Below are positions 53,291-64,000 of a stretch of DNA of 64,000 nt, piece by piece (position 1 is the first letter of the stretch; every line of letters starts with the position of its first letter). Location of the stretch: positions 12,338,001-12,402,000 of the forward strand of contig JAGIQG010000016.1 in the NCBI GenBank assembly GCA_024679065.1, written 5' to 3'. The notes under the pieces are model-generated. The model saw nothing but the letters and a program-made list of their open reading frames with translations. It was not told the origin of the DNA and ran no database searches. The DNA is from Sphyrna mokarran (taxonomy: Eukaryota). The translations under genes were made by a program, and so were the position numbers.

Positions 53291-54070
53291 GGTTTTGTCA
53301 CGTAATCTACTGTATTTTTAGTGGGATACCCTTTCATTGTAACGCGAATGCACATCAGTGAATGCAAATTCTGAGAAATACTAATGGCATTCTTCGCCAC
53401 AGTACCCTTTGTCTTTATATAATGAAACAGTGTGCAGCCGGAAAAATAAAGAGTAAACTTGAACTGTATCTGTACTAATTACGTGCCATGCTAAATATCT
53501 ACATTTGTCTCTCATATTCGAGTATAGTCTGATGCTTTTGAAATCTGGCCATTTACTGTCTCTTATCATTGATATAACGCTGTTTTCTTTCACATTTGCT
53601 GATGTTCTTCCGCAGAGAGAAAAAACATCATTTCAATTGAATAGAGCATCAGGTCTGCTTCAACGACATTGTCGCGACGGAAGACTCATATATCTTAGAA
53701 GGTCAAGTGCAACTGAAACCGTGAAACATTATCAGTTTATCTAACTTGCAAGGCCTTCGCATAAACCTGAGTTCGATTTTCCTATCCTTCACTTGCGATC
53801 AGTCAAAGTCTTGGAAATGTTAAAACAAATCTGGATATTCATACCGGATGTGGGCAGCGGCTCAATAATGTATTCCCCTGCTACATACTCAGAGCCAATA
53901 TCGGGTGAGAAATTATTGCCCATGCATGCAGCCATACATACATTGTTAATAATTAAGTAAAATTTCTAGAACGAGGGGCATGGGTGAGGATAGGAATGTT
54001 AGAAATATGGGAGAGGCACGATCCAGTAAATGTTTTCAGAGTGAGTTACTGTTGAAATCTCAGCAACTAC

Positions 54071-54106
54071 ATAATCCAGTGTTTTTGGTAAGTGGGACAG
54101 TTATGT
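54071..54106 (-). CDS. Possible additional 36-nt phase-1 microexon (D)ITVPLTKNTGL
   Basis: ttttacttttcacacag|36 nt open|gtagtt. Right length and phase, but no Cys, contains Pro and has a weak donor. Confidence 0.25.
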
Positions 54107-56778
54107 CTGTGTGAAAAGTAAAATACGTCCAATTTGCAATCATCGTATATTGCAAAATAAAACTAAATAAATTCCACGGGAATTCAATCTGTGCTTCGGG
54201 TGGCTGTTGCGTATTTCGTAACACAGACATAAATTTTCCCAAGAGTGACAAAACAGTCTTTTTTAAAAAGTCGTATGTTTGCCGAAACATAGAAATATAT
54301 AAGATTCATTGACAAAAAATGTTGGAAAACTTCAACCGGTCTGAAGGGTCCACTGGTGCTGTAATAGAGCAGCCGTTCGATTCTGGACGACATTCCTTTA
54401 GAGCTGACGGCAAATCACCCAGTCTTGATGAATGATACAATGCCTTTGGACGTCGTGAATCATCTCGATTCAAATTATTTCCAGTTTTATCTTCTTCCTT
54501 GATTAGCGTAACGCTGCAAGTCCTCAAGTCTCAAAGCGATCGGCCTGAGAGTGGTATCTTGATTTGGGATGTGAAGCATTTCGTGACATAGAGACCCTCA
54601 GTCTTTCTGTTAGCTATCTGCAGCAACAAGATAACCAATCCCGGTAGGGTCATCGGACCCACTTAACTACTTTTTTTTAAGAAAAAGCTTATTATGTTTC
54701 TCTGGAAAGACTGAAGATCATTGATCATATTTTAGCAACGCTTTATAAATCATAGTTACGACCTCGATGAAGTAAAATTATCTATGCATTTGTTTCGTCT
54801 GATTGGAATCAGTCAAGATTCGTTGTTTGGTTCTTGAACGCTCTGCCAAACAACGCATGTGTCTCCGCCCACATTAAATATTAAGCTGTAAATGTTAATA
54901 TTCGTAGCGCGTATGCACTCAATCGTTCCTTCTACATAAAAAGGCACATATGTTAGATGATAGACTGCTCGGAAATTTCAATCCTTCAATCTTTATTCTC
55001 CTGGCATATATTAGAAATTTATTCGCAGTATGTTTTTTTTTCTAATTTTGAAACTAAAACAATAGTCTCTTTTCTTCCCCCCTAGGCCCATTCGACTTTG
55101 CCACGCCGTGAGTTTTATTATAAATGGAAAATAATTACACTTGAAAATGAACATTAATTCGGTTGAACAATTAGACACTTTTCAAAGAAAAACTGGAAAG
55201 TAGAAATTGGTCAGGTATGTTTCCCTTCTCAAAACTCATATGGGGCGCTGCGAGAAGAACAACACTCCAATTCCTGAATGTTTCGTTGTGCTTGGAAAGT
55301 GTAAAAAAAATCTAAAAACTCAATCTTAACGATGATAGTAACCGAGGAACTCAGAAAATGAAAGTTTTTGGCCCTATTAATTTGGAGAAAGCATTCAATA
55401 CGTGATAAACGTTGATATAATCAGAACAAAGAAAGATGGGATAATGATTAAAGCGTTATCATCGTTTTTAAATACACAAGAAGGGGCAGGAATTTCCAAG
55501 TTAACAAAAAAAAAGTTACAAGATTATCCATGTCATTGTACAGCTGTTTTATTACCCATGTCAACAGTGGGAGCTATATTTCATGGCCGATGAAGGCATT
55601 GGAAGCTGAATTCTTGTTTATCAGAAACATCATTTTTTCGTGTGTGTGTGAGCAAACAGTGCTTCATTTCAATCGTATTATTACTGATAAGAGATCTGTC
55701 AGTATTTGTCCTACCAATGCTGTAAACGCTTGCTACTAATGGGAGTTACTTAACGGGATGTTCCTTTCTCTTGCTGACCATTTCTTTTCAGATTGTTTAA
55801 GTCCTTGGAGATTATGTCATTTTGCAGCTTTGAAGGGGAGGAGTGGATGTTGTGTGTATGTGCATGCGTGTGTGAGGATTTTTCTGTGTGTGCTCGCATG
55901 CGTCTGTCAAATCAGAACCAGGATATTTTGAATATCGTTTGCAAAGAACCTCATCTTTGCGGGCGGTTCCACTCATTTCATTGGATTAGAAAATTTCTTC
56001 CATAATGCGCAGACATACGGCAGAGTGTTCTTTTCACAATGTGGAGTCAACTTACATTTCTGAGGAGACTCAATACCATTTTCGCTGGCGATTTGCTATA
56101 TAATTGGAGTGACTCAAATTCAGCTCAAATGAAAAAAGGCAATTATTTGAGTTTGTCATTATAAGTATGTCAGTTATGGAAAAAATGTCTACGATTTCCA
56201 ATTGGGTTGGAACAGCATTATCTAGGGCGAGGATAAACTAGTTTTTATAAATTACAAAATAGCATCCAGTTTATGTCGGACAACATTCGCAAGCAGAAGT
56301 GGAAAACACCCGAAGCAACACGTGGAAATTAATGTAATAATCAGTACATCATTAAGAGATATGATGACAACAAGAACGAATTCCAGTACTGCTATAATAA
56401 TGCACATTGACAACCTTTTTTAATCATGGTGATCTCATCATTGTACCAAGTTTCACGACAAGATTCGTGAACTCATTCTCAGGTAATGCCTGTAAGCGAT
56501 TTTAAATTGGCAGTGAGGATACAAAAGGTGGAATGTAGAATACGCATTGTGGTAACATTGGAAACAAGTGAATGTTAATCGTACGTTAATTAATCTTAAG
56601 TTAATAGTGAACGCCCTGGCAACGACACGTGTTTAACAGAAAATGTCACAGTAGGTTACATTAATTTGTCTATTTCGTTTATTTGTTTTATTGATTAATT
56701 TGCGTTGATACGTGCATACACGAGAAAGATGCTGAAAAGCAACTGCGAATCAACGGAAATGGAATTTAAAGACAACAC

Positions 56779-56804
56779 CTTTTCCCTCTGGTTTAGAGCA
56801 GGTT
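56779..56804 (-). pseudogene. Defective (26 nt) type-A microexon copy (E)PALNQREK
   Basis: gtatttttgccaag|aacctgctctaaaccagagggaaaag|gtgttg. One base short of 27; sits 320 nt after a type-C exon, similar to the 390-nt C-to-A spacing at 42168-41778. Confidence 0.45.
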
Positions 56805-57124
56805 CTTGGCAAAAATACGTGAAATCTCATACCTAATATTCCATAACTATCTTGCACTGATCACATATCGGTAGGAATTATACAAGTGTTATTTTGTTCG
56901 AGAAAAATACCTTTGCATTTTCACGTGCTGCGTCACAAACTTATACAAAACGGGTCTTATAATTGATTTCCAATGTACATATTGATTCATGAACACATTT
57001 CGTAGAATTTTCGACATCTTGAGACGATGCTTATTGGAATCTTGTAGCACTTGAAGGTACAAAACTGGAATGATAAGTTCAACGATTGTACATGTTTCAA
57101 AGTGATAATTTGCTCACTGCTTAC

Positions 57125-57160
57125 CTAATTCCTTTGAAGCGTCTTGGCAGTTGTATAATT
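57125..57160 (-). CDS. Coiled-coil gene microexon, 36 nt, type C: (E)LYNCQDASKEL
   Basis: cttttcatttaattatgaattatccag|aattatacaactgccaagacgcttcaaaggaattag|gtaagc. Confidence 0.88.
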   Translation of the reverse strand, partial: NYTTAKTLQRN

Positions 57161-59140
57161 CTGGATAATTCATAATTAAATGAAAAGTAAAATACATGTC
57201 CTTGAATTAATTTAGTAGACCCAACTGTTGCATTGACTCCTTTATTCGTTATTACCAATGTAAAGTTCATTTGTTCCATCAAGTGAATACGAGTGCATTC
57301 TAGGCCAACTGACGCTGTACAATTTTATTCTACGAAACCTACGAATCACAGACGCAGTTGCTCCTATGTGCCTCCATAGTTATTTTATGTTTTTAATCGC
57401 ATTCACTTCCAGTACTAGAATTTATAATAACCTCCGTCAATTTCCCACGTTGCGTAAAATAATTTTCCAAACTGCTATATTATTCTTTTTTATCAGAAAA
57501 CTTCAACGTTCTCTGGTTTGGATTTTCCTTATCTGCTAATTGATGAACATTTATTGATCTACTATCTCGGAACTTTGCAAAATATTCTGTTCCAATACAC
57601 ATTCCCCCTGAATTTTCTTTGCTTCTTAAATGTAAAGATTATATATATTATGATTCTGAAACTTCGCTTTAGAATCCGTCAGTCCTTATCGCTTGAACAG
57701 CAGGGCACTGGTCAAGAATCCTGGACCAGAATTTTTGTCAACACTTCCGTACTTGCCGAAAAAAGACTTCCATAAGTATTGTTTGTACCACCTTTTATGG
57801 TGTACCCGGTTTTAAGGGAAACATGGATGTTTTTGAATTTGCTGACAGTTCCCCAAATACGTTTGATGAAGTGAAGGAAATTATCTCTTTCCCACTAAAT
57901 CTTCACATTCCTAAGAATCGTTCTATTATCTAGACATTTTCTCTCCCCATCTATTCTGTTCAATTACATCAATTCTGATGTATATGCTTTAAATTCTAAC
58001 AAAAGCTCATTTGAGAAGCATCAGGCTCATTTATGTCCTGAAATGATTGGCAACGAATCTCGTACAATGAAATTTGGGACAGGTGCCATTTTGAGCATTT
58101 TCTTAACATCAGTTCATGATGGTCCCTCAACAGTACCTCCAGCGGGAACATGATTGGAAGAACATGCATTGAGTTATTTCAAATGATGCTTACAATGTGA
58201 TCATGGGGTTAGCTTCCTTTATACTGAAATTGTGAGTGCACAGCTTCCCTCTGGGCTTGCACAAAAATGGAGGACAAGTATTCCAACTTTTGTTTTCTAT
58301 CAATTAGCTTTTATTTTAATTGTTTCAACTTGACGCGAATGACCGTATTTCAAATATCCGTGCCTTGTCAACCAAACGCTGATGTCTACCTTGGCAATAG
58401 CTTGCCATTGCTATGCAGCATCTACTTTCATGCCAAAATATGTCTCTTTGATCTGATGGAATCTGGCAGTGATGGCCAACGCCAACTGTAGAACAGGGGA
58501 AGATGGGGTGTGGAACAAAATCAGGCCATTATTTTGGGCACATTTACACGTTCTCGGTTGATCGCGTTTAAAAAAAGTGAAACAATAAGCTTTTCCTTCA
58601 ATTTAAACATCAGTCCTCACTGCAACGGGGTCTAAACTAAAATCTGGCAATTTAAACCAGGATTATTTCAGTACACTTTCCTGCGGGAAGCCAATCCCTC
58701 CATTCCTTATCTGCCACGAGCCATTTCTGTGAAATTGGTGCAAAAACTCATTCTGCTCTCTCATTTTTGCGATCTTCTAAAGTCTCTCGTAATGTTCCCC
58801 TTCTTCTGAAACCCATAATAATTTTGCCAATATTGTTTTGCCCCAATCATACAGTGTTTTTTTTAAAATTCTGTCTGTGCTCCCCGTCACTTTTCCAATG
58901 ATATAATTCAGTAAATTCACAACTTTCTTCAAAACTGTGAAATGGTCATGTAGATCCGAAATGTTTGCATTGCATATTTCCACATGCTACTTACATTTTG
59001 ACTTCATACAACATTCTCCTTTAATTGAGATTTCCAAGATCCATGGTAATTTGTATTTCTTTGGTAGAAAAATGCAAAATAAACTAGTCTTGATTAATCA
59101 TTGATGCTTTCAGAGTTTTGCAACGATTGAATATGTTTAC

Positions 59141-59167
59141 CTCTGTTTGCTTCTTCCAATTTCTCTT
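59141..59167 (-). CDS. Coiled-coil gene microexon, 27 nt, type A/B: (E)EKLEEANR
   Basis: tatattctaatag|aagagaaattggaagaagcaaacagag|gtaaac. Confidence 0.8.
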
Positions 59168-60559
59168 CTATTAGAATATAATCGTATTGCCAACGATTGG
59201 TAAATTGATGCATGTTACTGCAATGTTGGTTAGTTTATTGCGTAAAGCAAGAATGTAGAGTACAGTTATTAATTAATACTTTTACACTACTTTTCAATAT
59301 CTTGTTCTGTATCACAAATTGACATTTGACTGGCATCTCTATTTAATTTCGAGAAGGCACTGCTGTTGCATAACGTCATTGTAGGACTGAATGTAACGAC
59401 CTTGGTGCGGCTGGTTTACGGTTGGAAATTGTTGTATAAAATTACGTTAAACTGCTAGCAGAAATACCACTTGATTTCGATCCCGTTCGTAATCCATAGG
59501 GGAAAGAAAATGCGCGTGATGGGGATCTCTCCCTAAACGGACGAAATGCCAATACACATGTTTATTGTTCTTCTTTCATTTATTATGAAGACATTAGAGA
59601 CCTATGTTTCTAATCGTCAAAGACAAATCATGGTCCTAGATCAGTAATGTTTAAAAAAATATGATTCTTTGCATTCAGGCTGTTCCGTACTTCCCGTGTG
59701 TGTCTGGGGGGGGGGGGGGGGGGGGGGGAGGTGAATGGAGAAATGGATGAAGGGTACTGTGCGAGTGTTTGGGCGAGTAGTTTGTTGTTATTGATGACGC
59801 AGTCCAAACTCGGATTCTCATCACGGAGCTTGCCACTTACATTTCAAGTCCGATAATGCTCCGCCTGACCGCAACATACGTTTTCCCATTATATAACTGA
59901 TCCCCTTGTTCCCAATCCACTTGAAGTACTGACCGATCACAGGCACATCCGCTTCCCCCCAGCGATTGCAGGCTTAGTGGCAGCGAACACTGTCCCCTAC
60001 CTCTCGATCCATAGAGTGGCAGCGGACCCCAATTCGCATTCACCGATCTAAGACAGAGTGGTAGCTGTACAACTCCGCCCGCTGATCAGAACGCCGGTGA
60101 TTGTCGCCCCTTCTCCATCACTGACTGTAATCAGAACTAATAGCTTGTTTTCCTCACGCCAATCACGGGCCTTTCTGCAGAAATTCCTCATCTCTTCCGG
60201 AGTTTCATGACTGTATGGCAGTCCCGTCCCAGTAACAGAGACACTGATCCACCGTCCACGCAATAGAACGCCTTCAAGTAATCACTTCCTTCACCCACAA
60301 CTCCTCCAAACGCATTGCATGCATCTAGCTGAAATGCTCTGCCAAACTGCTTGCAGCTGATCTGCCCTAACGAGGAGGAACTTCCGAAACAAACAAACTA
60401 AGAACAGGCAGACAGGCGGTGGACGAAAATGAGACCAAACAACCAGCCCATCACGCTACCCGTCTGAGTGAGAGTGATCTCGAGATCTGTCGAACGCAGA
60501 TGGTGGACACCATCTTCCCCAGAGATGATACTAGTGGGACTGATGGTAATGCGGTCTGG

Positions 60560-60742
60560 GAATCACCACAGCCGTCGGAGGTTGTTGAGGCAAACTCACT
60601 TGGGTCTTTTAAAAGACTTCTGGATGAGTATATGGAAAAGAATAGGATAGGGGGTTATAGATAGGTCTGTGGATTGGTAGATGTGATCGGTGCAACTCGT
60701 TGGCCGAAGGGCCTGTTTGTGCTGTATTGGTCTATGTTCTAC
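60560..60742 (+). mobile_element. CR1 3' end inserted into the Harbinger Myb exon
   Basis: VVEANSLGSFKRLLD.YM and tail ggccgaagggcctgtttgtgctgtattggtctatgttct. Confidence 0.85.
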
Positions 60743-61463
60743 TTCTGTTGGTGCTATGACACTAGCCATCAGATCAGTGAAACAGTCTTGCAACACTGTT
60801 AATGACCTCATCAGGGCGACCGACGTGAGTGCTTAACCCTATCTAGAACTTCCTCTCAGTCAGTTCAAGATCCTTCCAACCCCAGCATGTTTCCAGCTTC
60901 TGACACTCCAATCACCTTCCTCCTATCACACCCAAAAGTGCCATGACACTTTGACTACAGGTTACTCTGTAGGAATCATGCATCGTTTATTTCATGGATC
61001 CTTCTGCTCCACAGAAGAAGGCAACTCGTAGCACCAGGGAAATGACGCAGACAAGATGGTATTGAGCCAAACCTGCAGATTCTCACTGTTTTTGAAAAGT
61101 GGATGTTGGAGCTGTCCAAGGAAGGAGAGGTGTGGACTGTCACAGACTGCTTTTTCGAGCAGGCATCAGGAAGAAGCAGCTGTTAATTTCCGCCTTAAGG
61201 CGGAAATTTGCAAGGCGCAAAGTTTAATGAAATGTACAAGGCATTTTTATGGGCACGGTGAAGGTGTTGGCTGTCTCGAACTCGCTGCCAGGGGTGTAGC
61301 AGCGACAGATGGATTTGACCTTTAAGGGATATCTTTACATCGAAGTAAATGGGATGAGGTTCGAGACATCAGGTTTTGTGAACTAAGGGGTTACAATTCA
61401 ATTTGACAGTCTGTTTGCCACAGGCTTGGCGGACAAAGGGCCGTTTTCCTGTGATGTGACACT

Positions 61464-62022
61464 TCTAGGTCACTCTCTGGTGAGCAGAACACGTCTGAAA
61501 GTTTACATCGAAAAGGGCAGAGAACATTCGAGGGCTCTGGCATTCAGGAACCTGTCAGTGGTGGAGAATCAGCTAGCTCCAGCCTGCATGGTATTCTACT
61601 TGACATTCATTAGCGAATGGCAAATCACGTTTTTTTTTGCATTGTGGATTCCATTCAATCCCTCGCACTTTAACTTCTGTCCCGTGTCATAATGACAGAT
61701 CAGGAGACCCTCGTGTCATATTCCATTTTGGCTCTGACTGGCTGCCACCCATTCTGCTTCAGACAACTCGGGCAACCCGTCAGTGTAAGCGGGAGAAGGG
61801 ATCTCCGTGGATTGCACGTTTCTGGTGTCAGCATTCACCTTGCTATTGACCATCCCAAATATTGATACGTTGGAGGTTCCAGAAGTGGCGAGACATCTGG
61901 GTTACTCTCTGGTGAGCAGAACATGTCTGATAATTTACATCGATTGGGGCAGGGCATATTCGAGGGTTCCAGCATGCAGGAACCTGCCGGTGGTGGGGAC
62001 TTAGCTAGCTCCAGCCTGTATG
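61464..62022 (+). repeat. ~125-bp direct duplication (61464-61590 and 61897-62022)
   Basis: Shared actctctggtgagcagaaca...tttacatcga...caggaacctg...agctagctccagcctg. Confidence 0.9.
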
Positions 62023-64000
62023 CTGGACCTTTGCGGTCAATTCTCCCTCAGCTGTTGAAGATGCAACAACAGAGACAAGGAATGTAGGGGAAGCTAACAG
62101 CCAAACACGGCTGACTGTGACGCTAATGGGAGCTCTGCCAAATCTTTCAGAAAAAAAAAAAACAGCAATTATCTGTCTTGCGCGGTTTCTGGGCCAGGAC
62201 TACAAGGATAGCTTCTGTGGTGGAAAGGTTAGGGCAGGGAAACTCATTAAGGGTGACGAGGTACAAAAGATGCCTGATACAGCAGGCCGTATCAGAGTTC
62301 AGAGGTCAGCAGCTGAATCAAAGAGGTCCACAGCTGACGGGCTGATCAGACTCACAGATATCCTGCTGTCCATGCCTCAGAGCCTCAAGTGCTTGTATGA
62401 ACCCGGGGAATAGCACTGAGATTTAGCGGCATGCAACACTACCCCTTGAGAATGTGGCCTAATCACAGAGGTTCATGATTGTGGGGCAGGAGGGTGTGAC
62501 CCAGTGTTAGAGGGCACTTGCAGCGGCAATTGACACGTGCCTCAGATTGAAGTTCCCACTGCAGAGTTCTCATCCAGCAGAAGTGGCACGCAAATGTTCC
62601 TCCGTGATTGGCAAGGCCAGATTACATCGGAGCGTCTGGAGCTCACTGTAAAAGTACCACTGGTCCAAGGAGAGAATGGCAGATCTTCTGCACCTGCAAG
62701 GGAGAAGGAAGGGCTTGAGCCCATATGGGACAGTCCCCCCACAAGATGGTGGCTATAGCTATACATTCTGACTGCTGTCTTCCTGACACCAGGCATCTCA
62801 GAGACTAAGGGGTGAAAAAGAGTGACATGAAAAATAAACAGGGAGATGGAAGCCAGCCAGGGCTCCCAAGTTCCAGGGCGACATGTAGTACAGGCAACAG
62901 GACGAGATAGGCAGAAAGCCGCCTCCACTTCTGATGAAAGTTGTGTGCAGGCACTGAAACGTAGTGTTAGTCCACATTAGGTAAGTCATTGTGGTTCCGC
63001 TAAGATCTCACAGATGAAGGGCTCATTAAATTAGACAAATCTTCACATACCTTAACATTTTCAGTTCACATTTTTTAATGTTCAAACTTACATTTAAAAC
63101 ATCTTTATTGCTATTATTAAATGTGTTTTCATCACCTATCTGTAACTAATTAGTCTCATATTTGTCTTGAATAGAACTCTGTTCAATTAAATATCGCTGA
63201 AGAGATGCTTCATCTTGATGGCAGTTGACGAGCCCACTCAACTCTATGTCACTTAAAAAAAAACGAAAAGATTCGCTCCCCAGAATCCAAGGGCGTTTCC
63301 CTCGCGCTCCCGAAGCCATCCGCTCCTGAGTTGTTTATGGGTGTTTCAGGTCCCTGTCCCACTTTATAGATGTGGACCTTAGTACCAGAGTACATGCAGA
63401 GCTCTGTATTTTTTTTTGTATTGTGGAGCTCAATTGTCAACAAAGAACAAAGAGCAAAACAGCAACACTGGTAGGAGTCGGCCTACACTGAAGCGACACG
63501 TTTTCATAATTGCACTTTGAGAATCACTTTCATTTTGTTGCCTGCAAAAGGAACTCTTATCACATAGAATCCAGGCCCACAACTCTGGGGAGACGACATT
63601 GCAAGTAACAGAAGGAATTTGATGATGTTGGGGGCTTACTAAACTTATAAAAAGCAGCTCCTAGTGACAGAACCGCCTAATGATCATGGCCTCCCTCACA
63701 TGGCTCACTCAAGTTGCCAGATCTCAACCACCTTGGTGGATTTTCTGGGCCTTGTCCTGCCTTTCTTCCTCCTTCTCTTCCTGTTCGTCCTCCTCTAGCA
63801 ACGCCATACTGCTCGGCCTCCATGACCTCCTCCTCCTCCTCGTCCTATGATATGTCAACTGTCAACTACTTCCGCGGGGCCCTCTAGTATAGCTTCTTGA
63901 TAGTGCCTGGTGTTTTGATGCCGTGTTGTGTCATTCGCAGTCTGGCACAGAAGCGAGGTGACCTTCTTGGGAAGGAGGACGACAAGGAGACGAACCAGCG

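Larger units (their letters stand above)
59790..64000 (+). mobile_element. Second decayed Harbinger element (Myb/SANT gene relic plus transposase C-terminal relics)
   Basis: RLSESDLEI...IFP (60460-60520) and VGAM...RSVKQ..NTVNDLIRA|gtgagt (60745-60825); exon-2-like segment at ~61015; RGAL*YS...CCVIRSLAQKRG at 63873-63960 matches HARBI1-type GALQYS...CCxLHN. Confidence 0.65.

Noticed and set aside
55086-55214. Plus-strand exon-like segment with good splice sites (also 46304-46462)
   Set aside because: Stops in all three frames; no coherent plus-strand gene.
58995-59058. Candidate 64-nt or 24-nt exon ending in gtaagt
   Set aside because: The 64-nt form has a phase-1 stop; the 24-nt form has a purine-rich acceptor and no homology to the repeats.
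129-63443. Most ORFs in the supplied track
   Set aside because: Short, microsatellite-derived or spurious frames in decayed repeats. Only CR1, ERV and Harbinger-derived ones show recognisable motifs.
1-64000. CRISPR array or other prokaryotic system
   Set aside because: No regularly spaced repeat-spacer structure or operons; the content is vertebrate intronic DNA.

Overview
Eukaryotic, most likely cartilaginous-fish (shark/ray) genomic DNA, inferred from CR1 LINEs with (TTCTATG)n tails, V-SINE/HE1-like SINEs, Penelope-type ends and Harbinger relics. It is AT-rich, repeat-rich and has two assembly gaps. The ORF track shows no host gene; its only recognisable long ORF is a CR1 reverse-transcriptase C-terminus. 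Reading the minus strand for splice signals reveals a hidden host gene across ~57 kb: at least 17 microexons of exactly 27 or 36 nt, all phase 1-1 and mutually homologous. They splice into a stop-free 171-aa heptad coiled coil (EEKLEEANR-ELYNCQDASKEL-EEKLKAKET-ELAACIIMSEGF-EKKIKVLKE-DLANCQDALKDL-EQTLREKEQ-AAEKEAKDK-DDRICELNA-ELSKCQESLKDA-EENWKGKEK-AAISDAKEK-EDTINELKE-ELTQCQGNLKDS-QDTIDELKD-GISRCREALNNS-ENKLKEKDK), with an invariant Cys in every 36-nt exon. No start or terminal exon was found in the window, so the gene is unidentified. Its introns hold decayed CR1s, SINEs, an env-bearing ERV relic, Harbinger elements and local duplications/inversions. All calls are by eye; transposon boundaries are approximate.
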